Of a stretch of 40,000 nucleotides of DNA, positions 18,456-27,744 are shown in pieces. Position 1 is the stretch's first letter. Every line of letters starts with the position of its first letter. The stretch is taken from assembly GCF_059553335.1 (NCBI RefSeq), contig NZ_CM183924.1; one strand, written 5' to 3'. The position numbers and the translations under genes are program-made. The notes under the pieces are model-generated. The model had not been told where the DNA came from, searched no databases, and saw nothing but the letters and a program-made list of their open reading frames with translations.

Positions 18456-18956
18456 TCAACTTTCTCTTATGCAAGATTGGAGTTTAAAATAATGTTTATC
18501 CCATTCACAGAGTGCTATAAACAACTCAACAGTACCTTTTATGTTAAGTTTATTTAGGGCTCTTATTTTGTGATATGATACTGTTTTATAATCAATTCCT
18601 TTGATAATGGCTATTTGTTTTAACGAATAAGAAACACATAACCGCAGGATATCTATCTCATCATGGGTAAGTGGTTCTTGAGTGGAATACACATTTTGTG
18701 TATGAAGATTCGAAACCAGGAAATGCGTTAAATCAGATAATGTAATATTCTTATTGATCCTGATGAAATTGTTTCTCAAAAGGGTGTTTACAGGTTCTGT
18801 ATTTGGTTTGAGATTTCGATGTTGGTGCTCATCAATAACAACGAACGAATGTCCAAGATCAACCAACGCAACCAAATCGCTGTAATATTCCTTTTGGGAT
18901 GCTAATAATGCATTAGTGCCTACAGTGAAGTAGACATCACTGGAAAAGACTTGCAT
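18456..18956 (-). CDS. LuxR-type HTH transcriptional regulator; possibly the ETT2 regulator called EtrA
   Basis: C-terminal LuxR-like HTH (TQEPLTHDEIDILRLCVSYSLKQIAIIKGIDYKTVSYHKIRALNKLNIKGTVELFI). N-terminal domain of unknown type. The EtrA assignment rests only on recalled locus order. Confidence 0.75.
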   Translation of the reverse strand: MQVFSSDVYFTVGTNALLASQKEYYSDLVALVDLGHSFVVIDEHQHRNLKPNTEPVNTLLRNNFIRINKNITLSDLTHFLVSNLHTQNVYSTQEPLTHDEIDILRLCVSYSLKQIAIIKGIDYKTVSYHKIRALNKLNIKGTVELFIALCEWDKHYFKLQSCIRES

Positions 18957-19214
18957 ATGCCAACCTGCACTCTAAAATCATTTAGGGTAAATATTACGTG
19001 TAAAATTTAAAATAATGGTAATTGTTATATTTGCATATCAATGAGGGAATAGGGTGTATACCTTAAATTGCAAATAAAGTTATGTATGTAGGCATTTAAA
19101 ATGGTTCTCGAAAATTATAATCTTTTTATTGTGTGTCATCATAATTTGGTCATGAAATTTCCGTCTTGTTACACTACTCTAAACTAGAGCTTATGGAATT
19201 AGCGGGTGGTATTC

Positions 19215-20396
19215 ATGGAAAATAATGATAAATGCTTATCACAAGACTTATTGGAATCTTATGCCATTCGTTTATTGAGCGGACCATTGAATGGATGCGA
19301 GTATGAAATACTTAATGGGCGTGTACTCGTTATCGTTGGTAATGATGTTTCGTTAGGAAGAAGTGATTCTTTTTCTGAGTTACCAGAGAATACGATAGTC
19401 ATTCCTTATGGAGAGCTTACAGGCAGTTTTGAGGTAATAATCACTACCGACCCTGATCTGGTTGTAACAATCAGAGAATTAACAGCACAAGAACCTGAAG
19501 ATAGAACGTTAACATTGAATCAGCAAATAGAAGTTTTAGGCCTCAAATTTGCTGTAAAAGTAAAAAATGAAGTTTGGCAGTATTCAATACCAGGTATTGT
19601 TGAAAATAACATTACTTCAACAAGACAACATTTCTTTAGAAGTACGCTGTTTAAATATGTAACGCTATTTTTTCTTTTTGCTATCATTTTTATAGCTTTT
19701 TATATTGTTAATGCCAGTAATGATCCGCAGCTGAGACATATCGATAAAATTCTTGTAAACAAAAATAGAAATTATGAAATTTTATATGGTAGGGATCATG
19801 CCATCTATATCAATACCAATAGTTTGGATGAAGCTGTCTGGGTCAAACAAGCACTGGAAAAAAATCAACCAGGAAAGCCAGTACGGGTGATAAATCCTGA
19901 TGATGAATCGATACGAATTTTTTCATGGCTTGCTGATAATTTCCCAGATCTACAATATTTTAAACTACAGCTATTAGATGCCAGTAATCCAAGACTGACA
20001 GTGAGTAAGCAACGGAATGCTATCACACAGCAACTAATCGATAATCTTATTAAAGGATTACTGCAAACTATGCCATATGCCAGCAATATAAGTATTGCGG
20101 TATTAGATGATAATGTATTGGAAAGTCAGGCAATTGAAACATTGTCGGCAATAGGTCTTTCTTACGAAAAATATAAAACAGCTAACAATGTATATTTCAA
20201 TATCATTGGTACGTTAAGCGACAGTGAATTAAATAAAATTAATAACTATGTCGACGAATATTATAAACAATGGGGTAAACAATATGTAAGATTTAATGTG
20301 AATTTGAAAAATCAGGATACAAATAATAGTTCATTTAGCTACGGAGATAACCGATTCGAGAAGTCTCAAGGTAGCAAGTGGACATTTCAGGAATAA
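19215..20396 (+). CDS. eprH: T3SS inner-membrane ring protein (SctD/PrgH-like)
   Basis: ORF 19206..20396, with ATG 19215 preceded by GGGTGGT. PrgH-like: N-terminal FHA-like region, single TM, and periplasmic ring-building domain. It is immediately upstream of the PrgI homologue. Confidence 0.88.
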   Translation: MENNDKCLSQDLLESYAIRLLSGPLNGCEYEILNGRVLVIVGNDVSLGRSDSFSELPENTIVIPYGELTGSFEVIITTDPDLVVTIRELTAQEPEDRTLTLNQQIEVLGLKFAVKVKNEVWQYSIPGIVENNITSTRQHFFRSTLFKYVTLFFLFAIIFIAFYIVNASNDPQLRHIDKILVNKNRNYEILYGRDHAIYINTNSLDEAVWVKQALEKNQPGKPVRVINPDDESIRIFSWLADNFPDLQYFKLQLLDASNPRLTVSKQRNAITQQLIDNLIKGLLQTMPYASNISIAVLDDNVLESQAIETLSAIGLSYEKYKTANNVYFNIIGTLSDSELNKINNYVDEYYKQWGKQYVRFNVNLKNQDTNNSSFSYGDNRFEKSQGSKWTFQE

Positions 20397-20409
20397 TTGA
20401 GGAGGACTT

Positions 20410-20649
20410 ATGGCAGATTGGAATGGTTATATTATGGATATCAGCAAACAATTTGATCAGGGCGTTGATGATCTGAACCAACAAGTTGAAAAGGCGTTGG
20501 AGGATTTAGCAACCAATCCTTCCGACCCGAAATTCCTTGCCGAATATCAGAGTGCATTAGCTGAGTATACATTATATCGAAATGCGCAATCTAACGTTGT
20601 AAAAGCGTATAAAGATCTTGATTCGGCAATCATACAAAACTTCCGCTAA
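20410..20649 (+). CDS. eprI: T3SS needle protein (SctF/PrgI-like)
   Basis: MADWNGYIMDISKQFDQGVDDLNQQVEKALEDLATNPSDPKFLAEYQSALAEYTLYRNAQSNVVKAYKDLDSAIIQNFR closely matches recalled PrgI. Confidence 0.97.
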   Translation: MADWNGYIMDISKQFDQGVDDLNQQVEKALEDLATNPSDPKFLAEYQSALAEYTLYRNAQSNVVKAYKDLDSAIIQNFR

Positions 20650-20668
20650 ACTGGATAAGGATTTTATT

Positions 20669-21001
20669 ATGTCAGTAAGCAATATGCCACCTATTGATAG
20701 AGCTGAGCAAGCAGCTGCTCGTGAAATACAGCAAGCGAAAGTTATTGATTTAAATGACCGGGTTCTCAATCTTGATAACCCGGATGATAAAATGATTTCC
20801 GCTTTTGCCAACTATGCGGTACAAACTGAAAATTGGCAGCAAAATGCGTTACAAGCATTAAGGTCTGATAAAAAGGGGTTAACTCCTGAAAAATTATTAG
20901 TCTTGCAGGATCATGTGCTTAATTATAATGTCGAGGTTTCATTGGTGGGAACATTAGCAAGAAAAATTGTCGCTGCAGTTGAGACGTTGACTCGCTCATG
21001 A
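20669..21001 (+). CDS. eprJ: T3SS inner rod protein (SctI/PrgJ-like)
   Basis: ORF 20618..21001 with the likely start at 20669 (MSVSNMPPIDR). The C terminus VSLVGTLARKIVAAVETLTRS resembles PrgJ. Confidence 0.9.
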   Translation: MSVSNMPPIDRAEQAAAREIQQAKVIDLNDRVLNLDNPDDKMISAFANYAVQTENWQQNALQALRSDKKGLTPEKLLVLQDHVLNYNVEVSLVGTLARKIVAAVETLTRS

Positions 21002-21732
21002 AATATATATCATTATTCTTGTTTATCCTGCTGTTGTGCGGTTGCAAGCAGCAGGAATTACTGAACCATCTTGATCAACAGCAAGCTAATGATGTCCTTG
21101 CTGTTTTACAAAGACATAATATTAATGCTGAGAAGAAGGATCAAGGCAAAACTGGATTTTCAATCTATGTAGAACCAACGGATTTTGCTTCTGCGGTGGA
21201 TTGGCTAAAAATCTACAATCTCCCGGGTAAGCCTGATATTCAAATATCGCAGATGTTCCCTGCAGATGCGCTCGTTTCCTCTCCACGAGCGGAAAAAGCA
21301 AGATTGTATTCTGCTATTGAACAGCGTTTAGAGCAATCTCTCAAAATTATGGATGGCATTGTTTCTTCAAGAGTACATGTTAGTTACGATGTTGATACAG
21401 GTGATAGTGGCAAAACTGCTTTACCAATTCATATTTCTGTACTTGCTGTATATGAAAAAGATATCAATCCAGAAATAAAAATAAATGACATTAAGAGATT
21501 TATTGTTAATAGCTTTGCAAGCGTACAATATGAGAATATTTCAGTCGTATTGTCAAAACGAAGAGATATTATTGAACAAGCACCAACATATGAAATTAAC
21601 GAACCTGTTTTTGCTTATGATAAGACTATGCCGGTTTCTATCTTACTTGCATTAATGTCCATTGCGACTTGCTGGCTGTTATGGAAGTACAGGGCTATTC
21701 TAACTAATTTAATCAGGTTAAAAAATAAGTAG
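20998..21732 (+). CDS. eprK: T3SS inner-membrane ring lipoprotein (SctJ/PrgK-like)
   Basis: Lipobox LLLCGC, YscJ-family QQQANDVLAVLQRHNINAEKK and SSPRAEKARLYSAIEQRLEQSLKIMDGIVSSRVHV, plus a C-terminal TM. Confidence 0.95.
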   Translation: MKYISLFLFILLLCGCKQQELLNHLDQQQANDVLAVLQRHNINAEKKDQGKTGFSIYVEPTDFASAVDWLKIYNLPGKPDIQISQMFPADALVSSPRAEKARLYSAIEQRLEQSLKIMDGIVSSRVHVSYDVDTGDSGKTALPIHISVLAVYEKDINPEIKINDIKRFIVNSFASVQYENISVVLSKRRDIIEQAPTYEINEPVFAYDKTMPVSILLALMSIATCWLLWKYRAILTNLIRLKNK

Positions 21733-21747
21733 ACATATGAGAACGTT

Positions 21748-22329
21748 ATGAATCTTGCCCTAAGAAAGATTATATATGATCCAATTAGTTATATTCATCC
21801 TCAACGAGTAAGTTTGAATAATGCACGTATTAGCAATCCGGTACTTAGATCTATTACCAATGAAATGATACTCCTACAGTACAATCTTTCAGTTGAGCAT
21901 TTCAGTCTGAATAGTTCACTTATTTACTACATAAACAATTGGAAATTATTTCCATTGATCTGTTTACTCAGTGGTTGTCACTTTTATCGAGAAAGGTTTG
22001 CAGAACGCGGATTTTTTTACAAGGTTCCTGATGTGCTAAGGAATTATTTATCAGCTATACCGGTGGAAATAAATGAAAAGGCACGATATAAACCTGGTAT
22101 CGTTAACTATCAGAATATCATCACATGTGGTTTTTCAACGTTGTTGCCCTATGTAAGGCAACAACCGTTGGCAATGCAGCAACGATTTAATTTATTATTT
22201 CCTGATTTTGTTGACCACATACAATTGCCGTTACCACTTGCGTCTACTCTTTTGGAGAGAATTACATTTTATGCGAAAAAAAATAGAGATGAGCTTGATA
22301 AACTCTCCTGCAAATGGTGTTGTGATTAA
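21748..22329 (+). CDS. T3SS accessory cytosolic protein (SctK/OrgA-like)
   Basis: IIYDPISYIHPQRVSLNNARISNPVLRSITNEMILLQYNLS resembles OrgA (..IIFDPLSYIHPQRLQIAPEMI..); C terminus also similar. Confidence 0.88.
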   Translation: MNLALRKIIYDPISYIHPQRVSLNNARISNPVLRSITNEMILLQYNLSVEHFSLNSSLIYYINNWKLFPLICLLSGCHFYRERFAERGFFYKVPDVLRNYLSAIPVEINEKARYKPGIVNYQNIITCGFSTLLPYVRQQPLAMQQRFNLLFPDFVDHIQLPLPLASTLLERITFYAKKNRDELDKLSCKWCCD

Positions 22330-22978
22330 AAGAATAATTTCTGATGGATTGAAAGAAATAGTTTCTCTAAAAGAACAGATCCTTCTTGAAACCACCGCAA
22401 AAATTCAGAGTATTGAGGAAAAGAGAGAAGAAAAAGTTATTCAAGGTTATTATGATGGCTATGCGAAAGGCATTATTGATGTGATGGATAATTTTATACC
22501 CTTGATAAGTTTGCTGAGCTCAGAATTAGAAAAAAACAGAATAAATATGATAAACGATCTGAAGAGCATATTGTTAAAATCTTCAGAGGAAGTTGAAGTT
22601 TTTATCAAAATTTTTGAAAGTTGGGTAACAAAATTACCGTCAATATCAGGCCCTTTAAATCTCTATATACCTACCAGTTTCAAAGATAAGTCTATTGAAG
22701 TAGAGTCATATTTTGTCGACAAGTCAATATGGAATGTCCATATTTCATATCATGATGACAAACGTTTTATTTTTTTTACAGATCAATTTATTGCTGAATT
22801 TAGTCCGCAGGAATTTGTGGGTAATTGTGAGCAATATTTAATTAGCAATCACTGTTTTTCCCCTGACAAGGTTAATGAAATCTGTGAACATGCCAGACAT
22901 TATTTAGTTGAAAGAATGTGTGAAATAGATTCTTTGGCTATGAATAATTCTGATTTGACGACCCCAGAGGACTTATAG
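22271..22978 (+). CDS. T3SS ATPase regulator/stator (SctL/OrgB-like)
   Basis: ORF 22208..22978 with the likely start ATG 22271, overlapping the end of the orgA-like gene. HrpE/YscL/FliH-type N-terminal coiled coil with GYYDGYAKGI. Confidence 0.82.
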   Translation: MRKKIEMSLINSPANGVVIKRIISDGLKEIVSLKEQILLETTAKIQSIEEKREEKVIQGYYDGYAKGIIDVMDNFIPLISLLSSELEKNRINMINDLKSILLKSSEEVEVFIKIFESWVTKLPSISGPLNLYIPTSFKDKSIEVESYFVDKSIWNVHISYHDDKRFIFFTDQFIAEFSPQEFVGNCEQYLISNHCFSPDKVNEICEHARHYLVERMCEIDSLAMNNSDLTTPEDL

Positions 22979-23167
22979 ATCACTGTCTCCGGCTTAATGA
23001 CTTGAATATAATCTAATTCTAATATTTTAAACGCCTAATGATTTTTCAACACGGGTGTTATTCTGCTTACGCAAAAATTTTATTATTAATTATATTTCAT
23101 TATTATTTCATCAATGTATTCTTTGGATTTTGCTTATAATAATAATGGAAGGGATGATTATAAATGA

Positions 23168-23833
23168 ATGCGTTATAGCATTTACACTCAGGATGAATAT
23201 ATGGGAAAGATTAAAATTGTAGTTTCAGATCAGCAGCCGTTTATGATTGATGGGATAATTGGATTTCTCGGACATTATCCCGATTTATATGAGGTTGTTG
23301 GGGGCTATAAAGATCTGAAGAAAGCTATAGCGGAGTGTAACAAATCTGCAGCCCAAATATTTATTTTAGGAGAATTTGCAGGTGGAATGATGGGGTCCGA
23401 ACTCATTAAATGGGTTAAATCGCATAAAATAGATGCTCATATTATTACATTTGTAGCAAAAATGCCGTATATTGATTCAATAAAATTGCTTGAAGCCGGT
23501 GCAAAAGGATGCGTATGGAAAACCAGTCACCCGGCGAAACTAAATCGCGCTATTGATTCGATTAGTAATGGTTACACTTATTTTGATAGTGTACACATGG
23601 ATTGTGAAAAAATATCTTCAAGATATTCCTCTGATAATCAACTTACAAATCGTGAGTCTGAAATACTACAACTCATAGCTGATGGAAAAACAAACAAAGA
23701 AATCGCTAATTTCTTGCAGTTAAGCAGGAAAACAGTCGAAACACATAGACTCAATATCATGAAGAAATTAGATGTTCACAGTGGTATCGAGTTGATCAAA
23801 ACAGCTTTACGTATGGGCGTTTGCACTATATAA
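23168..23833 (+). CDS. ygeK: NarL/LuxR-family regulator with degenerate receiver (YgeK)
   Basis: C-terminal LuxR HTH ([56 protein letters not shown]) and an N-terminal receiver-like fold. Position matches K-12 ygeK, where a version of this gene survives. Confidence 0.82.
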   Translation: MRYSIYTQDEYMGKIKIVVSDQQPFMIDGIIGFLGHYPDLYEVVGGYKDLKKAIAECNKSAAQIFILGEFAGGMMGSELIKWVKSHKIDAHIITFVAKMPYIDSIKLLEAGAKGCVWKTSHPAKLNRAIDSISNGYTYFDSVHMDCEKISSRYSSDNQLTNRESEILQLIADGKTNKEIANFLQLSRKTVETHRLNIMKKLDVHSGIELIKTALRMGVCTI

Positions 23834-23841
23834 AAAAAAAG

Positions 23842-23869
23842 AGGCTTTAGGCTCATTTTGCTAAAGCCT
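23842..23869 (-). terminator. Rho-independent terminator of the iagB-like/ygeI/ygeH-side transcript, overlapping the 3' end of the muramidase gene
   Basis: Stem AGGCTTTAG (23842-23850) / CTAAAGCCT (23861-23869). On the minus strand it is followed by a T-tract (plus-strand A-run at ~23832-23840). Confidence 0.75.
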
Positions 23870-24356
23870 TACGCTTGTCTATTTCATTAAGTCTGGTATA
23901 TACAACATATATTTTTTTTGCATATTGCAGCCTCTTTTTTTGGTTTTCCATTGCAAAACCCGCGTTATATGTCCCCAGACATTGCCATGTTACTCCACAA
24001 CGTGAAAAATGATTATATAAAATCTCGGTCCCTATTTTAATGTTTAGACAGGGGTTATCTAACAAATCTTGTTCATCTTTTATTATTCCACGTTTTTTTA
24101 ACATGGGAATGTGCATCTGGTTTATCTGCATTAAACCATAATCAAAACTCTTTATATTGTTTTTCTTATCCCTGTTCTTGCCGATGCTATCATTTTTTAA
24201 ATTACTTTCAACAAGTGCGATAGCTTTGATCAAATTTGGTTCGATTCTGAAAATTGATCCTGCTTCATTAAAGCAAGCGCTACTGGCGAAAGACATTTTT
24301 GTAATTAATATAGAAAACATGAAGATGGCTAAGATTTTAACTTTGGGTAAGCGCAT
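23853..24356 (-). CDS. T3SS-associated lytic transglycosylase (IagB/IpgF-like)
   Basis: Signal peptide (..SILITKMSFASS), CFNEAGSIFRIEPNLIKAIALVESNLKNDSIGKN, FDYGLMQINQMHI, CLNIKIGTEIL..., LGTYNAGF. Confidence 0.9.
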   Translation of the reverse strand: MRLPKVKILAIFMFSILITKMSFASSACFNEAGSIFRIEPNLIKAIALVESNLKNDSIGKNRDKKNNIKSFDYGLMQINQMHIPMLKKRGIIKDEQDLLDNPCLNIKIGTEILYNHFSRCGVTWQCLGTYNAGFAMENQKKRLQYAKKIYVVYTRLNEIDKRKALAK

Positions 24357-24439
24357 ATGTTTTTATGTGTAGGATTGAAGGAAAGGAACGAGATACTAAA
24401 ATATTCAGTATCTCGTTAATCATTTAAGTGGTCAATTAT

Positions 24440-24658
24440 CTACCATTCCAGTTCATAGTAAGGAGAGATAGGATTATCTTTCGAATACATATCATTTTGA
24501 AAAGATGCCATCCATGTTGAAACTATAAATGCTTGTATTTGATCTGTATCAGTAGCACTGGTGGTGATGTGTTTATCTAATGAAACGACTTCATCACCCG
24601 TTGCGGTTGCTATATTTAAACTTTGAGAAAAATTATTCATATTGATTGGATTAGTCAT
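24440..24658 (-). CDS. ygeI: Small ETT2 protein of unknown function (YgeI)
   Basis: MTNPINMNNFSQSLNIATATGDEVVSLDKHITTSATDTDQIQAFIVSTWMASFQNDMYSKDNPISPYYELEW, 72 aa from the second Met of the listed ORF. Matches recalled K-12 YgeI. Confidence 0.8.
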   Translation of the reverse strand: MTNPINMNNFSQSLNIATATGDEVVSLDKHITTSATDTDQIQAFIVSTWMASFQNDMYSKDNPISPYYELEW

Positions 24659-24824
24659 AAAGTTCCCTTTTTTATTTGTCCAGGCCAATAGCCATACACA
24701 ATACTTTTTAATCTAGAGTATTTGATATATATTGCAATAAGGTAATTATCTTAGATGTTTTCATCTCTGTTGTTTACATAACCAGTTGCATACATCTAAA
24801 CAATAAAATTGCGACAATAAATAT

Positions 24825-26201
24825 TTATCGCATACAAATTCTCGTCAGTTGCTTTAGTTTCAAAATGTTATCAATTATAACTCGATGGCTTTCACTCGAA
24901 GTTTCTTTATAGTAGAGTTTCATGTTGCTTTTGAGCGGGTTAGGCACATACATATCTACACACTCTTTTATCACAACTGCTTTTCGTCTTCTGGGTTCGA
25001 GTTGTAGTGATTTGTCTATACAAATCCTTGCCTCTTCAATTCTTTCATTATGAAAGTTGACAAGTGCTCTATAGTAGTAGAGAGAGGCTATATCAGTTGT
25101 GTGTATCTTAGCCTGTTCAAATAAGATATGAGATACTTTTGCTTGTCCAGACAGACCAGTTATCAGTCCCATAATGGCTAAAATTTTTCCATCGACATTG
25201 GTTATGTCTGATACATAATGTAAAAGCTCTAATGCTTTTTGAGCAGCAAGTTCAAGTTCATACTTTCCATGAAGTGCCAAAGACATATGGCATTCCGCTA
25301 GCAGACAATAGCATTCTATTTTTAGCGTCTGTATATCACTTTTATTTTGTAATCCATCAAATATAGCCATAGCCCTGTAAATGCTTTCAGGAGTAAACTC
25401 GTAAAGTTCTTTCTTACCAGCCAACAGTTCATCTGATAAATAATGATTCTTGTAACCTTGTTCCGGTTTAGCTAATCTTACAGAACGCTCTGGATTATGT
25501 ACCGTTTGAAGGATATTATCTATAATAAATTGTGATGTGTTATGTAGTTCATCAACAGGAAGATGATTACTGGCGATGAGGAAAAGATTTTTAGCGTCGA
25601 TCAGTTCAATGTATAAAGTTTTCACCGCGTTATTCTGGTTTATTCTTCCTGTAACGAAATAATCTGGCTTGAATCTTCTCAAAAATGAATTTTGCGATAT
25701 GTGATCATTACAAAAATTTGTCGCAGCCATCGGATAGGTATAAAGGCCATCGATTTTTTTATTCGAAATGTTTTGCACTAATTCCTGATTAAGTATTAAT
25801 GGATCCAGAGTATTCAATGAAGTGGTGAAAGGAAATATAGCTATGGAATAGTCTGAAGTGTTATCTTCATTTATTTTAGTTTTGAAAACCTGTCCACTGA
25901 AACGATAACCTTTCCGGTAGATTGTTTCTATGCAACGATCATAGCCAATTTTTTCAAAAATGCAGCGCAAAGAATAGATACATCTTGTCAGGGACTCGTC
26001 ACTTACAATAATATTTTTCCATACTGATTCGATGATCATATCTTTCAGGACAACATGACCAGCGGATTCAAGTAATACGATCAATACTCCTAACTCTTTC
26101 GGTGGAATATAAATCTGCTCATTTCCTTGAGTAAGAATTCCATCTTCCGTGAGCGTTAATCCCTCAAGAAAATGATATGAGAATTTATTTTCTAAGTCCA
26201 T
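24825..26201 (-). CDS. ygeH: HilA-like OmpR-type wHTH + TPR transcriptional regulator (YgeH)
   Basis: N-terminal OmpR/ToxR wHTH ([55 protein letters not shown]...[12 protein letters not shown]), central domain, and C-terminal TPR-like repeats. 458 aa. Confidence 0.88.
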   Translation of the reverse strand: MDLENKFSYHFLEGLTLTEDGILTQGNEQIYIPPKELGVLIVLLESAGHVVLKDMIIESVWKNIIVSDESLTRCIYSLRCIFEKIGYDRCIETIYRKGYRFSGQVFKTKINEDNTSDYSIAIFPFTTSLNTLDPLILNQELVQNISNKKIDGLYTYPMAATNFCNDHISQNSFLRRFKPDYFVTGRINQNNAVKTLYIELIDAKNLFLIASNHLPVDELHNTSQFIIDNILQTVHNPERSVRLAKPEQGYKNHYLSDELLAGKKELYEFTPESIYRAMAIFDGLQNKSDIQTLKIECYCLLAECHMSLALHGKYELELAAQKALELLHYVSDITNVDGKILAIMGLITGLSGQAKVSHILFEQAKIHTTDIASLYYYRALVNFHNERIEEARICIDKSLQLEPRRRKAVVIKECVDMYVPNPLKSNMKLYYKETSSESHRVIIDNILKLKQLTRICMR

Positions 26202-26535
26202 TAGTTAACCTCTATGAAAAAATTGGTTTCTTGCATCCTGCATAAGCAATAGAAATTGTGGCTATTCATATTTATGTGTCATTAATGCTACAGGAGTTTA
26301 CATTCGACATATCTATGGTTGTGTTCACTAATTTATCTTAGGAATTCAGTGATGTAATCTGAAATAGCCTTATTCAATTTTGATAAAATAGATTGTTCTC
26401 TAACGCGTTGAAAAATAGTTATTTATAGTGTGTTCTTAACTGTTTTAAGATGTTGATTTAAGAAAACATAAGAGAAGCTGGTCATAGTGGTTAACTGCAC
26501 TATAACCAGCAATTTTTACCAGATGCTTGTAATGC

Positions 26536-27027
26536 TTAGCCATTATCTTCTGAATTATCGGTTAAGAGTTCAATATATGCCTGCGCTTTGCTCTTAACAC
26601 TTTCATCCTCACAATTGTTAATAATATGATAGAAACATTGCATTGCGTTATCGATATTTTTAGCCCCAATTTGACATTGACCCATACGATAAATAACTGA
26701 ATAGTCATCATACGGGGAGTAATTGTAACTTAGTTTGTAAAGGTCATATGCTTGTTGATATTTCTTTTTTGACTGGCATACTGATGCAAAACCTTTTAGA
26801 TATTCATGATTTTCGAACGCATAAATGCACAGAAATTTATAATAAATTTCTGCGTCCGTTATATTACCTTTTTCATGGTAGTCGAATGCATATGCATATA
26901 TTCTATCAAGGATATCAGGAGTCAATCCATGTAGTAATGCCAGATTTTCTCCTTGCGATAATGCGTGTTTTAGTTGACTTGCCCATTCATCACTGTTATT
27001 GAATATTTCAAGTGTATCTGTGCTCAT
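26536..27027 (-). CDS. ygeG: SycD/LcrH-family T3SS class II (translocator) chaperone (YgeG)
   Basis: 163 aa from MSTDTLEIFNNSDEW. TPR-type chaperone similar to SicA/LcrH (LHGLTPDILDRIYAYAFDYHEKGNITDAEIYYKFLCIYAFENHEYLKGFASVCQ...). Confidence 0.9.
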   Translation of the reverse strand: MSTDTLEIFNNSDEWASQLKHALSQGENLALLHGLTPDILDRIYAYAFDYHEKGNITDAEIYYKFLCIYAFENHEYLKGFASVCQSKKKYQQAYDLYKLSYNYSPYDDYSVIYRMGQCQIGAKNIDNAMQCFYHIINNCEDESVKSKAQAYIELLTDNSEDNG

Positions 27028-27252
27028 AATATTCCTCTGTGATGTGTTTCGTGATGCTAAATTATTATTGATTGACTCATTAATTTTTTGCATTTATCTT
27101 TTTTGAATTATGAGTTTTAAGCTTGCATTGCTTATGGGTATATTGGTTCATTATTAGTAAAAATACTGACCACTATAAACCAATAATGTCATTAGTTGTT
27201 TTGCTAATATTCACCTTATTAGTTATCTTAATTACGACATTTCATAAATGCC

Positions 27253-27744
27253 TTAATGTGCATGACCTGGATTCATATTATCAATTTCCATTTTTTCGAT
27301 GAAAATTAAAAAAGGGATTTTTGCGAAGGGTAGTAAGTCGTCTGTTTTTTTTTCTTTATTATGTCTGGTGACGAGGGGGGATAGAACGTCGGTACATATA
27401 GTAGAGAATTTATTCAGGTCTAAATTATTCTCTATTTTGGCCAGTTTTATGAGTTCATTTGTAGCCATACTCATTAAATCATCTGTTATCGGAAATTTAT
27501 ATATGCTCATAGCCGATAATATTGCTTGCTGAATTATTTCTTCAGAAATATCCGCTATCTTTATTGACAAATCATGTGTTAGATATTTTCCTCCAAGAGA
27601 TTCTTGTTCAATATAATTTAAACCAGACCTCATCGTAATTTTAACTGGATTCACGTATTTCTCTTCATTTTTCTTATTTTTGTTCTCCTGATCAGGAACT
27701 AATGGTTGCAGTGGTAGGCTATTATTAATATTTCGTGGCTTCAT
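27253..27744 (-). CDS. ygeF: ETT2 protein of unknown function (YgeF)
   Basis: Uninterrupted 163-aa ORF with a polar, Asn-rich N terminus. Position between ygeG and yqeK matches ygeF. Confidence 0.7.
   Translation of the reverse strand: MKPRNINNSLPLQPLVPDQENKNKKNEEKYVNPVKITMRSGLNYIEQESLGGKYLTHDLSIKIADISEEIIQQAILSAMSIYKFPITDDLMSMATNELIKLAKIENNLDLNKFSTICTDVLSPLVTRHNKEKKTDDLLPFAKIPFLIFIEKMEIDNMNPGHAH

Noticed and set aside
23033-23150. ~33-aa hydrophobic plus-strand ORF (MIFQHGCYSAYAKILLLIIFHYY...) upstream of ygeK
   Set aside because: Composition is what AT-rich intergenic DNA gives by chance; no SD.
24157-24372. 71-aa plus-strand ORF
   Set aside because: Mostly antisense to the iagB-like gene including its signal peptide; no support.
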